Positions 46,924 to 57,646 of a DNA stretch of 64,000 nucleotides are shown piece by piece. This DNA is from a virus. Where the stretch lies: IMG/VR virus record IMGVR_UViG_3300046507_000506, positions 1-64,000 of that record; one strand, 5' to 3'. The translations under genes and the position numbers were made by a program. Positions within the stretch are counted from its first letter, which is position 1; each line of letters starts with the position of its first letter. The notes below the pieces were generated by a model. It was not told the origin of the DNA, made no database searches, and was given only the letters and a program-made list of their open reading frames with translations.

Positions 46924-47517
46924 TTAGCGGCTCCCGAATGGGCGGGATTGCAGGCGGTTCGCGGACATGAGCTTGCGTTTGGGCCAGCGGTTCGCACTCT
47001 TGATGGTCGGCTTTTCCTTAGTCGGGTTTGCCGATATAATTGCGGTTCTCACTGCATTTCCTTTCGAAAAGCCGCGACCTGCTCCAACAGGTTCGCGGCT
47101 TCGTCGTTCTACGGGCGTCACTTTCTTTTCGATGGTCCGCGCCGCCAGCGGCGTGACCTTCTTCGTGATCGGCTTGTGAGCCGTAACGGGTTTCGACGCC
47201 AGAAACTCGTCAGTCGGCCAGAGCCCCTTACGCTTTAACTTCTCCTCGCTCTCGCGCATCGCGGCGGCAAACCGCGTGAGCACGAATTCGCGCGTCATGC
47301 CGTCCGGGCGCTTTGCCTGCCCATCGAGCACCATGTGGCACGCGTAGCAGGCGTATGCGCCGATGTGATCGACGCGCGCGAGCTTCTTGCCTTTCGCCTT
47401 GCCGCCCTCGTGCGAGTTCGAGTGCGCCCAAACCGTTGTTTCCCAGTTCCCATTGCACACGCCGGGCAAACGCAAGGCGCACGTTTCCCCGCGTGCCGAT
47501 TCAGTGATTCGGCTCAC
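46924..47517 (-). CDS. DUF1364 (YbcO-like) nuclease-fold protein with basic tail
   Basis: SARGETCALRLPGVC..ETTVWAH...ACYACH. Confidence 0.85.
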   Translation of the reverse strand: MSRITESARGETCALRLPGVCNGNWETTVWAHSNSHEGGKAKGKKLARVDHIGAYACYACHMVLDGQAKRPDGMTREFVLTRFAAAMRESEEKLKRKGLWPTDEFLASKPVTAHKPITKKVTPLAARTIEKKVTPVERRSREPVGAGRGFSKGNAVRTAIISANPTKEKPTIKSANRWPKRKLMSANRLQSRPFGSR

Positions 47518-47725
47518 GTCGTATTCTCAGAAAATGGGGGTGTTACTGACTGGCGCGCTTCGCCTTGTAGCAGGTGGCGCACATACCGTAACGCTCAAGC
47601 TGGATCGAGGTGACTACCTTGTTACAGGCGCACCTCTTGCGAACATGCGACAACGGCAAAGCGCTTGCCGTTGTCGCGCGGAATTTCGCAATCGCATTAG
47701 GATCGGCGCGATGCATCTTGACGTC

Positions 47726-48121
47726 TTACTGGATTGCCTTGGCTGCCTGATGGGTGACACGCGCGGCGTCCGTCATGCCATAGCGGTTCAGCAGCCACGA
47801 CATACCCCACGGCGTGACCAGCACGTCCGGGCGGTTCGCATCGTCGCTCTCGACGGCGGCGAAATAGCCGGTATCGAGATAGTGCTGATACGGCAGTCCG
47901 TCCGCCTGGAGCAGGCCATCCGACACCATGCGCTCATGCAGGTCGGCATGGCCGAGGAATTGGGCGATGTAATCGATGGTGCAGCAGTTATCGACATTCG
48001 TGACGCGCTCGCGCACGGCCACGGCGCGAGTGCGCGGAATGCGCTGATACGAGCGCAGCGCAACCGCTGCGGTAATGGTGTTGTTACAGGAAACGGCTGA
48101 GTTTTTTATGTGTTCGTTCAC
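47726..48121 (-). CDS. Antirepressor KilA-C (ANT) domain protein
   Basis: LPYQHYLDTGYF...LVTPWGMSWL. Confidence 0.65.
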   Translation of the reverse strand: MNEHIKNSAVSCNNTITAAVALRSYQRIPRTRAVAVRERVTNVDNCCTIDYIAQFLGHADLHERMVSDGLLQADGLPYQHYLDTGYFAAVESDDANRPDVLVTPWGMSWLLNRYGMTDAARVTHQAAKAIQ

Positions 48122-48188
48122 GCGAAATCCCGGTCCAATGTTGCGGCCTTTCGGCCTGTCTTTTTGTGCTGCAACTATGCGAGTCGGC

Positions 48189-48695
48189 CTATGCCGCCTC
48201 GCGATAAAGATTCCCTTCCTTGACGCGTCGGCCTACCTCGACGCCAGCAGCAATCAATTCGCCCTGCCCGGCGACTTCGGCCTGCGCACAAACTACGTCG
48301 AATGCGCGTTGCAAGGCCGCTCGCCCTACTTCGTCAAATTGCCAGGTGCCTCGACGCTTGAAGCAGATGTTTGCGCGGAATACGGCATCGAGTGCGGCGA
48401 CAACGTCTTTCTCGTATTGCGGGCCGTGGCCCCGCGTGCAGAGCACCAATGCCAGATTGCACATTTCCGCCAAGATCCTGATGTGCTCGACGGTTCCCTT
48501 CCCGTTCACAATTGCATCGAGACTCGCGCCGAAGGCAATCGCCACGTCGCGCTGATCGTCTGCATTGAGCGGCTGATAGAACTCCGCATTCACTTCCCGC
48601 ATGACGTGCGAGTTGTTGAGCACACGCGCAAACGAGCCAATGCCGTCCAGACCTTTCGGCCGATACTTGCGGCGGGGTTTCTTCGTGCCAGCCAT
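48189..48695 (-). CDS. Hypothetical phage protein (start MAGTKKPRRKY)
   Basis: Common betaproteobacterial phage family pattern. Confidence 0.7.
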   Translation of the reverse strand: MAGTKKPRRKYRPKGLDGIGSFARVLNNSHVMREVNAEFYQPLNADDQRDVAIAFGASLDAIVNGKGTVEHIRILAEMCNLALVLCTRGHGPQYEKDVVAALDAVFRANICFKRRGTWQFDEVGRAALQRAFDVVCAQAEVAGQGELIAAGVEVGRRVKEGNLYREAA

Positions 48696-48699
48696 CGCT

Positions 48700-48918
48700 T
48701 TAAGAATCCATCCGCGTCGGGGCGGCCAGCCTGCGCGCGTAACGGCGCTTGAGCTTGGTGATGCCAGCAACAATGTCCGCGCTCGGACGCGGGTTGTTCG
48801 CCGGGTGATTCTCCAGGTGCGAGACATGCGCCTGCGACCGGTTGATTGCCGCCGCGATTTCCTTCTGAGTCAGGCCCGCTTTCTGGCGCAGGGCGCGGAT
48901 TTCTTCAGCTATCTGCAT
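48700..48918 (-). CDS. Cro-like repressor
   Basis: GLTQKEIAAAINRSQAHVSHLE; divergent from CI. Confidence 0.85.
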   Translation of the reverse strand: MQIAEEIRALRQKAGLTQKEIAAAINRSQAHVSHLENHPANNPRPSADIVAGITKLKRRYARRLAAPTRMDS

Positions 48919-48959
48919 TTTTTACCTGTCAGTTACGTTTTGTGACCATCCTTACAGCG

Positions 48960-49100
48960 AGGCAAAGTATAAGCATGTCTATGGTTTGTGGCAAGGCGCA
49001 CATAGATGCGTTTGTTTTCGGCAAGATAGATAAATAGATACCCTGATCGACGCGCAAAACTTCCATAGACACGCTATTCCGTGCTATAAGCTCGACAGGC
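48960..49100. promoter_or_regulatory. cro/cI control region with imperfect ATAGAC-N2-GTCTAT sites
   Basis: ATAAGCATGTCTAT 48969-48982, ATAGATGCGTTTGT 49002-49015, ATAGACACGCTAT 49065-49077. Confidence 0.6.
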
Positions 49101-49149
49101 AGAACATAAGTATTCTTATAAAAAGAAACGATTGGGAATCGCAAAATCA

Positions 49150-49875
49150 ATGACGGACAAACTGAACATGACAGCCGAGCCGCCCGAAACACTGGGGGAC
49201 CGCATTCGTGCGCGTCGAACTGAGTTAGGCATGTCTCAGGGGGCACTAGCCAGGCAGGTTGGACTGACTCAGCCAACGATCTCTAGCCTGGAAAGAAACG
49301 AGTCAATGCAGACAAGCAGTATTGGCTCAATTGCTCATGCCCTTCATGTCTCAGCGCTATGGCTAGAAACGGGACTGGGAGATAAGAAACTAACAAACCA
49401 GCCCAAGGGTTTCCGCCGCACATACAAGGGCGGCTCAGACATGGAGTTTGAGATTCAGTTGTTGCCGTCCAAGGGAAGCTGCGGGGGTAACACAGCAGGC
49501 AAGCCGGACGTCTCCGACATCCAGGCGGCCCTGCTCCCAATAATCAAAGATCAGGCTTTCTTTGACCGTTTTGAGGTCGAACCAGCGGACGTGATCGCTC
49601 TCATTGCTGACGGCGATAGTGGGGCAAATTTCATCGTGCATGGCGATACCGTTCTCTTTCGCACCTCTCAATGCGAACGCCTTGAAAGCGGACTGATTTA
49701 TGCCCTCGATACGCCGGATGGTCCGCGCATCAAAAGGGTTCATCGCCGCAGTGATGGTCACGTCATCCTGTCTTGCGACAATCCCGACAAAGTCCGCTAC
49801 CCCGACGAGGACTACACCGCCGAAGCTGCGGAAAATCTCAGACCTCTGGGACGCTATCTCTATCGGCAGGGGTGA
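49150..49875 (+). CDS. CI-like repressor (XRE HTH plus S24 peptidase)
   Basis: LGMSQGALARQVGLTQPTISSLE; GSCG cleavage site; GDS...IKR dyad. Confidence 0.9.
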   Translation: MTDKLNMTAEPPETLGDRIRARRTELGMSQGALARQVGLTQPTISSLERNESMQTSSIGSIAHALHVSALWLETGLGDKKLTNQPKGFRRTYKGGSDMEFEIQLLPSKGSCGGNTAGKPDVSDIQAALLPIIKDQAFFDRFEVEPADVIALIADGDSGANFIVHGDTVLFRTSQCERLESGLIYALDTPDGPRIKRVHRRSDGHVILSCDNPDKVRYPDEDYTAEAAENLRPLGRYLYRQG

Positions 49876-49931
49876 CATTTCAAATGTAACGTGACCTGTG
49901 TCAATTTGTTACGAACGTAAGTAAACCATAC

Positions 49932-49960
49932 AAAAGGCCCACGATTGTGGGCCTTTTTTT
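49932..49960 (+). terminator. Intrinsic terminator after cI
   Basis: AAAAGGCCCAC-GATT-GTGGGCCTTTTTTT. Confidence 0.85.
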
Positions 49961-50230
49961 ATCTTAAGTTTGCGTGCGCTGCAACATAATCGGCACAACT
50001 TACCGAATCTCACACGCGCTCGATCAATGGCAAACGCTTGCGCGCACCAATTATGCGCACCACATGCGTGTTTAACCGGCTATTAGGCTAGTTGCCGTTT
50101 CACTTTCATCACCGCTGCAATGATCTGTCGTCGGCTTGCAACACCGTAAATATTGTAACGGCGCAGGCATTGTCACTTCTATACAACACATAGACGCCGC
50201 TGCCGAAATACCCGGTTTTTCGTCAAAAAA

Positions 50231-50293
50231 ACAGGCGCATCTATTGACGTCTATATTTACGTACCTATAATCACGGACATAGACATGTCTATG
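50231..50293 (+). promoter_or_regulatory. Early promoter TTGACG-16-TATAAT with perfect operator CATAGACATGTCTATG over +1
   Basis: Hexamers 50244-50249 and 50266-50271; palindrome 50278-50293. Confidence 0.75.
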
Positions 50294-50331
50294 TCTATCA
50301 ACCGGCAGCACTTACCGATTAGGGGACGCAG

Positions 50332-50472
50332 ATGAAGACGTTCGCAGTGACGATAACGACGCAGGAAGGTGCGAAGCACCAGTACACCGCTATCAGTTCG
50401 CACAGTTTCGATGTGTGGGATGCAGCCATCACCACGTTTGGCCTGTGCAAGGTCAAGGTCACCCTTCAGTAA
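50332..50472 (+). CDS. 46-aa early protein (not in ORF track)
   Basis: AGGGGA RBS; MKTFAVTITTQEG...FGLCKVKVTLQ. Confidence 0.65.
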   Translation: MKTFAVTITTQEGAKHQYTAISSHSFDVWDAAITTFGLCKVKVTLQ

Positions 50473-50515
50473 GTACGCCTAACCCCTTCCACGCAACCAC
50501 CACGCGAGACACCAA

Positions 50516-51862
50516 ATGACGAACATGAGCGACGTTTCCGAAGTCATCGATACCGTTGAATCAGCGGAGGGTGCAAAAGACCTCGTATCGCGCACGCTGG
50601 CTCTTGTTGAGGCACCGGAACCCCTCAAAATCAAGCCGTTTCTCGACAAGCCGACGGTCACGAGTGATGGCGAAATCATCGCCAATATCAAGCCGATCCA
50701 GTACCCGGTGCGCGATCTGCACATTGCAGCGCTGCACCACTACCTCGACGGTGCACAGTTCGCCGTGACGACGGCCGAGGGCATGAGCGAGGCCAAGCAG
50801 GTTGCCGCGCGCCTTTCCAAGCTGAAAACAGCGATGAAGGATGCCTACACCACATGGAACGGCCCGATTCTCGAAATGACGGCGGACGCGCGCAGCAAGC
50901 GCGATCACATCATTGCCGAGGTCGATCTGATCCTCGCGCCGATCAAGGAACAGATCGACACGCAGGCGGCGATTGAGGCTGAAGTGCGTACCCGCAAGGC
51001 GCGTGAAGAAAGCGAGCGCGTAGCAGCGCACACGGCCGCCCTCAAGGTGCTTGAGGACATGCCGGGCAAGTATCTGTCGGAGCCGTCGGAAACCATTGCG
51101 AAAGTCGTCACGGAGATTTCCTCGTTTGACTACCTCTCGCGCCGTGACTGGCAGGAATACCTGCCCGCTGCAACGGACGCGATCCGCGCCGCTATCGCCA
51201 CGCTCGAACAGCACCTGACCAACGCCATGGCGCGCGAAGAACTGGCGCGCATTCAGGCCACGCAGGCCGCCGCCGATCAGGAGCGCCTTGAGCGCGAGCA
51301 GGCAGCAGAGCGCGAGCGTGAACGCATCGCCGGTCTGCGCGAGCGCATCCATAACATCGAGCTTGCGCCCACGACGGTTGTCGGTGCAACGAGCGAGGCC
51401 ATTCAGAAGAAGCTGGCGCGCCTCGAACAAACCGAGCCGTCCTCGTTTGAGGAAATGGCATCCGAAGCGACCGCCGCCATCGAGAACGTGCGCAACGTGC
51501 TGCAAACGATGCTCGACGGCGCGCTGAAGGCAGAGGCCGCACAACGGCAGGCCGACACTGATGCGGCCGAACTCGCGGCGTTCCGCGCCGCTGCCGCACG
51601 TCAGCAGCAGGAGCAGCAGGAAGCGGCCGACCGCGCCGCGAACGAGGCCCGGCAGGCGGCAGAAGCCGAGCAGCGCGAAAAGCAGGAACAGGCTGAGCGC
51701 GAGCAGCGTGAGAGAGACGAAGTCGCGCGCATCGCACGCGAACGCGCCCAAGCCGTTGCAGAAATCCTGCGCGACCTGCTCGTTGAAGCGCGCCCGCACG
51801 TTCCGGCCGGTGACCTCGCCGAGCGCATCGACGTCGCAATTGCAGCCGCCCAAGGGGAGTAA
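50516..51862 (+). CDS. Long coiled-coil protein of the recombination module
   Basis: E/A/R-rich heptads; upstream of ERF. Confidence 0.75.
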   Translation: MTNMSDVSEVIDTVESAEGAKDLVSRTLALVEAPEPLKIKPFLDKPTVTSDGEIIANIKPIQYPVRDLHIAALHHYLDGAQFAVTTAEGMSEAKQVAARLSKLKTAMKDAYTTWNGPILEMTADARSKRDHIIAEVDLILAPIKEQIDTQAAIEAEVRTRKAREESERVAAHTAALKVLEDMPGKYLSEPSETIAKVVTEISSFDYLSRRDWQEYLPAATDAIRAAIATLEQHLTNAMAREELARIQATQAAADQERLEREQAAERERERIAGLRERIHNIELAPTTVVGATSEAIQKKLARLEQTEPSSFEEMASEATAAIENVRNVLQTMLDGALKAEAAQRQADTDAAELAAFRAAAARQQQEQQEAADRAANEARQAAEAEQREKQEQAEREQRERDEVARIARERAQAVAEILRDLLVEARPHVPAGDLAERIDVAIAAAQGE

Positions 51863-51868
51863 GACGCC

Positions 51869-52630
51869 ATGAACGCACCACTTCAATTAACGCCTGAACA
51901 AGCTTTCCCGTCGCTCGAAGTGAACCTGATCCCGCTGCCGGACGGTCACATGGGCGAGTTCTTTGGTGCGCTCGCTGCCGCTCAGGGCGCATTCGATCAT
52001 ATCGAGAAAAGCAAGCATGTGATGATCCGCCCGCGTGACGCAAGCAAGGCCGCCTACTCATTCAAGTATGCGGACCTCGCTGAAATCCGCAGCAAGACTA
52101 CGCCCGCGCTGGCCGCCAATAAACTCGCGCTCACGCAACTCGTGACGAACAAGCCGCGCGAGGTCGGCGGCATCATGATCCGCACGATTCTCGGTCACGC
52201 AAGCGGCGCGCGCATGGAGGCCGTGCTTGACCTCCCCAAGACAAATGGCGACGTCAAGGATTTGGGCGCGTATATCACCTATCTGCGCCGTTATGTCGTT
52301 GGGCCGATGCTTGGCATCGCGGCCGATGATGACCTTGATGAGGATGGCGAGCCGCCTGCCGGTTCGTCACCAATGGGCTACTCGGCGGAACCGTCCACGC
52401 TGCGCAATCCGGCACCGTCGAACCCGGCTGAAACGCCCCTGCTGCGCGACGCGAAAAGCATCAAGGAACTGACGACGGCGTTCAACAAGTTTTCGCCGGA
52501 AAACAAAGACCGTTTCCGCGCGCAGTATGAACGCCTGCTCGAAGCGCTTGACGTCCCGCCCCCTACCGCTGCTGCCGCCAAGGGTGCGACACCGGCCGCC
52601 GCCGCTGCAAAGCCCAAGGATGACCTGTGA
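51869..52630 (+). CDS. erf: ERF-family single-strand annealing protein
   Basis: FKYADL, GHASG, GAYITYLRRY, GIAADDDLD. Confidence 0.88.
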   Translation: MNAPLQLTPEQAFPSLEVNLIPLPDGHMGEFFGALAAAQGAFDHIEKSKHVMIRPRDASKAAYSFKYADLAEIRSKTTPALAANKLALTQLVTNKPREVGGIMIRTILGHASGARMEAVLDLPKTNGDVKDLGAYITYLRRYVVGPMLGIAADDDLDEDGEPPAGSSPMGYSAEPSTLRNPAPSNPAETPLLRDAKSIKELTTAFNKFSPENKDRFRAQYERLLEALDVPPPTAAAAKGATPAAAAAKPKDDL

Positions 52631-53352
52631 TCGTCGTTGACTGCGATCAGGGCACGCCCGAATGGCACGCTGCGCGTGCTGGCGTCATCACCGCCAGCAT
52701 GTTCAGCACCGCCCGCAAGTACAAGGCGGGCGGCGAAATGTCGGAAACCGCCAAAAACTACGCGTTCAAGCTTGCCATCGAGCGGATCAGCGGCGTGCCG
52801 CTCGATGAGTGCCATCAAACGTGGCAGATGACGCGTGGCCAACGGCTCGAACCTGAAGCCCGCGATCACCACATGGCTGATATTGGCCGCCGCGTCAAAC
52901 AGGTCGGGCTCGTGCTCAGTGATGACCGGAAGTTCGGCGCGAGCGCGGACGGCGCGATTGACGGTGACCCGCAAGGGCCGGGCGGTGCCGAATACAAGTG
53001 TCTCGTGAGCCCGCTCGAACTGCGCAAGGTCTACACCGAGAACGACTACATGAAGTTCTACGATCAGGTGATGGGCGGCCTGTGGCTCACCGGCAAAAAC
53101 TGGTGGGACTTTTGTGTGTACTGCCCCGCCATGCGCAACGTGAACAAGCATTTCAGGCGCTGGCGCATCCGGCGCGATGACGACTATATCGACGCCATGT
53201 CGCTCGACCTCGTTGCATTCGACAACCTGGTCGAGAGCTACCGCGCCACGCTGATGATCGAAGCCGATCCGGCAGTAATGGAGGCCGCTGCTGCAACGCT
53301 CGACCCGCTTTCGCGCGCCCTTCTGATACCACCTGGTATCAGTGTTATGTGA
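52627..53352 (+). CDS. YqaJ/lambda-exonuclease family nuclease
   Basis: [32 protein letters not shown]. Confidence 0.9.
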   Translation: MIVVDCDQGTPEWHAARAGVITASMFSTARKYKAGGEMSETAKNYAFKLAIERISGVPLDECHQTWQMTRGQRLEPEARDHHMADIGRRVKQVGLVLSDDRKFGASADGAIDGDPQGPGGAEYKCLVSPLELRKVYTENDYMKFYDQVMGGLWLTGKNWWDFCVYCPAMRNVNKHFRRWRIRRDDDYIDAMSLDLVAFDNLVESYRATLMIEADPAVMEAAAATLDPLSRALLIPPGISVM

Positions 53353-53386
53353 CCTTGTAACACAACATAAAAACAGGATATTTCAC

Positions 53387-54508
53387 ATGTGGTTTCGTAA
53401 TCTCACCCTCTACTCGTTTGACAGCATCCCGACGCTGGAAAGCCTGAATGCCGCGCTCATGACGCGCCGCTATACGCCGTGCACGGACATAGAGCAGTCC
53501 TCAGCCGGGTTCGTGCCGCCGCGCGGCGACGATGCCCTGCTCGTGCTGCCGGTCGATACCCAGTGGCAGATTGCGCTGTGCATCGAGCAGAAGGTGCTGC
53601 CCGGCTCTGTCGTGCGCGACGAAACCGAACGGCGCGCGGCCGAAGTCGAGCGCTTGCAGGGTTTCAAGCCCGGCCGCAAGCAGCGCCGCGAAATCAAGGA
53701 TGAGGCAACCGACATGCTGCTCGCGCAGGCATTCAGCAGGCGCAAGACGGTGCGCGGCTGGATCGACACGCGCCGCGCGATTCTCGCCATCGATACCGCC
53801 TCGACCACGACCGCCGATCTGTTCGTGGCGAACCTGCTGCGCGCCATCGAGGCCAATATCGGCCTGCGCCCGCTCAAAACCGTGCTGAGTCCGGTTGACG
53901 TAATGACGGCATGGGTTGGCGAGAGCGACGCGCCTGACGGCTTCACGATTGACAGCGACGCGACGTTCTCAGGCTCCAATCGCGGCGTCGTGAAGTACTC
54001 GAACACCGCCCTTGAGGGTGCGGACGTGGCAAGCCAGATTGAAGCCGGAAAGCGCGTGACGCGCCTCGCAATGACTTGGGGTGACAAAGTCTCGTTCGTG
54101 TTTTCGTCTGACCTCGTGATCCGCCGCGTGAACCCGCTCGACGTGCTCAAGGAAAAGCCGGAAGACGGCAAGCTGTCGGCCGCTGCCGATTTCCTGCTGA
54201 TGGCCGAATGCCTCGCCGCGCTCGTGCAGGCGCTCGTTGCCTCGCTTGATGGCATCGCGCCGGTGTCCGACCTCGCCGACGAGGAGCCTGCCGCCCCTAC
54301 CCTGCCCGCCGACGGCGACGACCTGCTGCCGCAGGCCCGCGATATCGTCATCAAGAATGAGCGCGCGTCTATCTCGCTCGTGCAGCGGCACCTGCGCATT
54401 GGCTACAACCGCGCTGCCGCCCTGCTCGAAGCCCTGGAGGCCGCTGGCGTGGTAAGCGAAATGAAATCCAATGGCTCGCGTGACGTTCTCGCAGGAGCGC
54501 AAGCATGA
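53387..54508 (+). CDS. rdgC: RdgC fused to C-terminal FtsK gamma domain
   Basis: MWFRNLTLY...GFVPP...LLAQAF RdgC core; [18 protein letters not shown] gamma motif. Confidence 0.9.
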   Translation: MWFRNLTLYSFDSIPTLESLNAALMTRRYTPCTDIEQSSAGFVPPRGDDALLVLPVDTQWQIALCIEQKVLPGSVVRDETERRAAEVERLQGFKPGRKQRREIKDEATDMLLAQAFSRRKTVRGWIDTRRAILAIDTASTTTADLFVANLLRAIEANIGLRPLKTVLSPVDVMTAWVGESDAPDGFTIDSDATFSGSNRGVVKYSNTALEGADVASQIEAGKRVTRLAMTWGDKVSFVFSSDLVIRRVNPLDVLKEKPEDGKLSAAADFLLMAECLAALVQALVASLDGIAPVSDLADEEPAAPTLPADGDDLLPQARDIVIKNERASISLVQRHLRIGYNRAAALLEALEAAGVVSEMKSNGSRDVLAGAQA

Positions 54509-55404
54509 CGAACCTCGTGAGCCTGAAGAAGATCGCCGAGGACAAGACGCAGACGGCCATCGGCATCAAGAAAATGACCGATTACATGCTCGACCCCCGC
54601 GCGATCAGCATCAAGCCGAATTTCAACGCGCGCGACATGGTCAACATGAGCCGTCGCACGCGGGAGCACGTCGATAGCATCAAGGCGGCCGTTCGCGCCG
54701 GTGAGACAATGCCGCCGCTCGACGTGCGCATCGAGGGCGACAAGATCTACGTGGTGGAGGGTCACTGCCGCCTCGTCGCCTACCTCGAACTGATCGCCGA
54801 GGGCGTGGAAATCATGCTCGTGGCGGTGCGCCAGTTCAACGGCAACGATGAGGACGCGGATTTTCACGTGCTCAACAGCGCGAGCCAGTTGCACCTGACC
54901 CGGCTCGAACAGGGCCGCAAGTACAAGGGCCGCGTCAGCCTGGGATGGACGGTCGCACAGATTGCCGAGCGCGCGCGCAAGTCGCCGAGCTACGTCGAGC
55001 AAAACCTGATGCTAGCGAACGCGGATTCGGACGTTCAGCGCCTGCTCGAAGACGAGACGGTATCGGCGAAAGTCGCGCTTACCGCAATTCGCAAGCACGG
55101 CGCGAAGGCCGGTGCCTACCTGCAAAGCATTGTGGATGGCACTGACGGCAAGGTCACGCCGAGCAAGATCGGCCCTACCCTCTCGCCGAAACTCGCCGCG
55201 CGCGCGGCCGATTCGATGGCCGGTTTGTTCGGCAATTTTCAGCCTTCCCGCCTGGAGGCGATTCGCGTCGCGGAGCCGGACGAGGTCATTTCCCTGCGCG
55301 CCGCCGACCTGCAAGCGCTGCTCGCGGTGTACGACGCACACCTCGCGAAAGCCGCCCGCAAGGCCGGAAACAACGCCGTCGGGGCCGCCGCCGATGCCTC
55401 GTAA
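54505..55404 (+). CDS. ParB/Srx-like protein with HTH
   Basis: FNAR, VVEGHCR motif, [18 protein letters not shown]. Confidence 0.75.
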   Translation: MTNLVSLKKIAEDKTQTAIGIKKMTDYMLDPRAISIKPNFNARDMVNMSRRTREHVDSIKAAVRAGETMPPLDVRIEGDKIYVVEGHCRLVAYLELIAEGVEIMLVAVRQFNGNDEDADFHVLNSASQLHLTRLEQGRKYKGRVSLGWTVAQIAERARKSPSYVEQNLMLANADSDVQRLLEDETVSAKVALTAIRKHGAKAGAYLQSIVDGTDGKVTPSKIGPTLSPKLAARAADSMAGLFGNFQPSRLEAIRVAEPDEVISLRAADLQALLAVYDAHLAKAARKAGNNAVGAAADAS

Positions 55405-55633
55405 CGGATGCTTTGACCGCCCGCAAGGGCGGCCATCCTACTTCGCACAGGATGGCTATATCGAAGTTTCGCAGCCATTCGGACACGTCATCCGAACGCC
55501 GAAATGGGTTGTCGTGGAGGACACCGTCATGTCAAAAGACTGCCGCCACAGTGCCCTGAAAGTCGATCCGGCCTGCGAAGGCTGCAAGCACAATCAACGC
55601 GGCATGGCCGCTCCGACCGAGGAGACGCAATGA
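55394..55633 (+). CDS. Small Cys-containing protein
   Basis: GCFDR...MSKDCRH...CEGC. Confidence 0.6.
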   Translation: MPRNGCFDRPQGRPSYFAQDGYIEVSQPFGHVIRTPKWVVVEDTVMSKDCRHSALKVDPACEGCKHNQRGMAAPTEETQ

Positions 55634-55848
55634 AAAATCTGATTCGAGAGCTTCCCGTCACGATGCTCGCGTGCGCCGGTGCACTCGCCCTGCTTATGCT
55701 TCAGGCTACGCTCGACGCGCCGCGCAGCGCGCCGGAATGCCGCGCCAGCGGACCCGCCGACCCCGCCCGGACGGCCCTTTACAAGGCGTCGCACCGCCCT
55801 GAGTGTGACAGCGCCCGACCCCGCCTAACCGCGCAGCATCCCGTATAA
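55630..55848 (+). CDS. Small membrane-anchored protein
   Basis: GAGGAG RBS, TM helix. Confidence 0.55.
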   Translation: MKNLIRELPVTMLACAGALALLMLQATLDAPRSAPECRASGPADPARTALYKASHRPECDSARPRLTAQHPV

Positions 55849-55872
55849 GCTCACCCTGATTGACTTGGTTGC

Positions 55873-56325
55873 GTGTGACTGATACCAGTTGGTATCAGTC
55901 ACACCGCACAAAACCATTCCCCATCCTATCGCCCCACACTTCCCCGCGCACCGCGCGGCTAATACCAGTTGGTATTAGTCCCATAACGTATTTTCTGTTC
56001 TGTTTTTGTCTTTTCTGACTTGGCCTTGCCTGTTTTGGCCTGATCTTCCCACCTCAAGTCATGCAATTTCAAGTTTGAACACACAAAATAACGTATTTCC
56101 GCTTCACACCGTGTCTTTTCTAGTAAAACCGGTTCAAACATGGCATGTACACGTTAGCCAACACCCAAAATGAACGGAAAACAGTAAATCTGTTGCTTTT
56201 CGACTCAGTTTTATGGATTTACGTTTGGCTTCGTTGGCCCTAGACAGAGTTTTGAACGGAAAAGAACAGAGAACGTCCGAGAACCCTTGCGCGGCGGGAC
56301 TGGTATCAGTTGGTATCAATCACAC
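55873..56325. repeat. Putative centromere: three TGATACCA-GT-TGGTATCA-type palindromes around an AT-rich tract
   Basis: 55873-55904 (15-bp perfect arms), 55959-55978, 56298-56325; upstream of parA. Confidence 0.65.
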
Positions 56326-56451
56326 TAGGCCCAGTCTTACATGAGGTGTCCCGGTATGGCTCTGTGCCTTGTGGCCTGAGGTGTTCCGGCTTGTCCGAAT
56401 ATAAGGAAGTAAATACACTGCGCGACATACCAAACCAACAGAGGTCGCGTC

Positions 56452-57111
56452 ATGTCTATTACTGTCGTAGCTCACACGAAGGGAGGCGTGAGCAAAACAA
56501 CGACCGCCGTCAACCTCGCCGTCATGCTCATGTCGGCCGGGCGCGACGTTCTCCTCGTGGACAGCGACACCGGGCAATCAGCCCGACGCTTCGCCAGCAA
56601 GCGCGCGAAAGCGCCCGGCCTGCCGTTTGTCGAGTGCGTTGCGCTGTTCGATAACGAGGGTGACTATCACCGCCAACTCGCCGCGCTCGCCGCTCGCCAT
56701 GATGAGGTCATTGTGGACGTTGGCGGGGAAGGGCAGGGCGCGCGTGAAATCCGCCTTGCCCTCACCGTCGCCAATCGCGTCCTGACGCCGTGTCGCCCGT
56801 CGCCCGCTGACATTCAGCGACTGGACATGATGCACGGCATGATCGAACTGGCACGCGACCTGAATCCGGGCCTCGACGCAATGCTTTTCCCGGTTCAGGC
56901 GTCAACGAACGCCAAAGCCACGGACGTAGACGTTTTCTATGAGAAAGCCGTCGAATTTCCACAGTTTCGCCTGCTCGATGCCGTCGTGTGCATGCGCGAT
57001 GCCTACAAGCCGTGGGCTGACACCGGCGAGGCGGTTTTCGAGCAGGTCAAGCTGGATAAAAAGGCGATGGCCGAAATGACCAAACTCTACAAAGAGGTAT
57101 TCAATGGCTGA
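56452..57111 (+). CDS. parA: ParA Walker ATPase (short, type Ib)
   Basis: TKGGVSKTT, VDSD, VIVDVGG. Confidence 0.92.
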   Translation: MSITVVAHTKGGVSKTTTAVNLAVMLMSAGRDVLLVDSDTGQSARRFASKRAKAPGLPFVECVALFDNEGDYHRQLAALAARHDEVIVDVGGEGQGAREIRLALTVANRVLTPCRPSPADIQRLDMMHGMIELARDLNPGLDAMLFPVQASTNAKATDVDVFYEKAVEFPQFRLLDAVVCMRDAYKPWADTGEAVFEQVKLDKKAMAEMTKLYKEVFNG

Positions 57112-57646
57112 ACTCTCCGAGAAGGAACAGCGGCAGGCGGCAGCCCGCGAGGCCGCCCGCGAAAAGCGGATTCGTGAGTTTGCTGCCGGGGCTGATGCCC
57201 GCCCGGCATCGGCCGCGCCGGGTATCACGCCCGCACCGGCCGCCCCGCCCATTGCCGAGCCCACGACCCCGACTGACCTGCAAACGGCCGTTGAGAGCCC
57301 CGCAGAGGCCGCCGCCGCGCCCGATGAGGTGCAGACCGCCACCAATGCGCCGCAGGCGGCTGAGGAGGCCGCCAGCGAGCCCGTCGCGACCGCGACCGAT
57401 TCCGAGGCACCGGCCGCCGCAACGAAGCCCGCCAGCAAGGTTAGAAAGGGCAAGGACGCCGGATTGCCGTGGGAGCACGCCCACCCAAGGGTAGAGGTGA
57501 ACTTTTCGACCAAGCTCTCTGAAGAACAGCACATGAAGCTGACCTGGCTTGTCCAGAACATGACCGGCCGCCAGTCAATCCAGAAGCTCGTACACGAGGG
57601 CATCGACATGATGCTCGACAAGCGCATCAAGGAGGTTCTCAAATGA
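57104..57646 (+). CDS. Partition adaptor 1 (disordered N-terminus, RHH C-terminus)
   Basis: REFAAGA N-terminal motif; PWEHAHPRVEVNFSTKL...KLTWL...SIQKL. Confidence 0.7.
   Translation: MAELSEKEQRQAAAREAAREKRIREFAAGADARPASAAPGITPAPAAPPIAEPTTPTDLQTAVESPAEAAAAPDEVQTATNAPQAAEEAASEPVATATDSEAPAAATKPASKVRKGKDAGLPWEHAHPRVEVNFSTKLSEEQHMKLTWLVQNMTGRQSIQKLVHEGIDMMLDKRIKEVLK

Noticed and set aside
53343-53368. Fifth GTGACAACATAC operator before rdgC
   Set aside because: Only a partial match (CACAACATAA) in an imperfect inverted repeat, without a properly spaced -35.
55873-55904. Protelomerase telRL or lox-type site
   Set aside because: Centre is not self-complementary, the spacer is only 2 bp, three copies sit before parA, and no protelomerase or recombinase is in the window.
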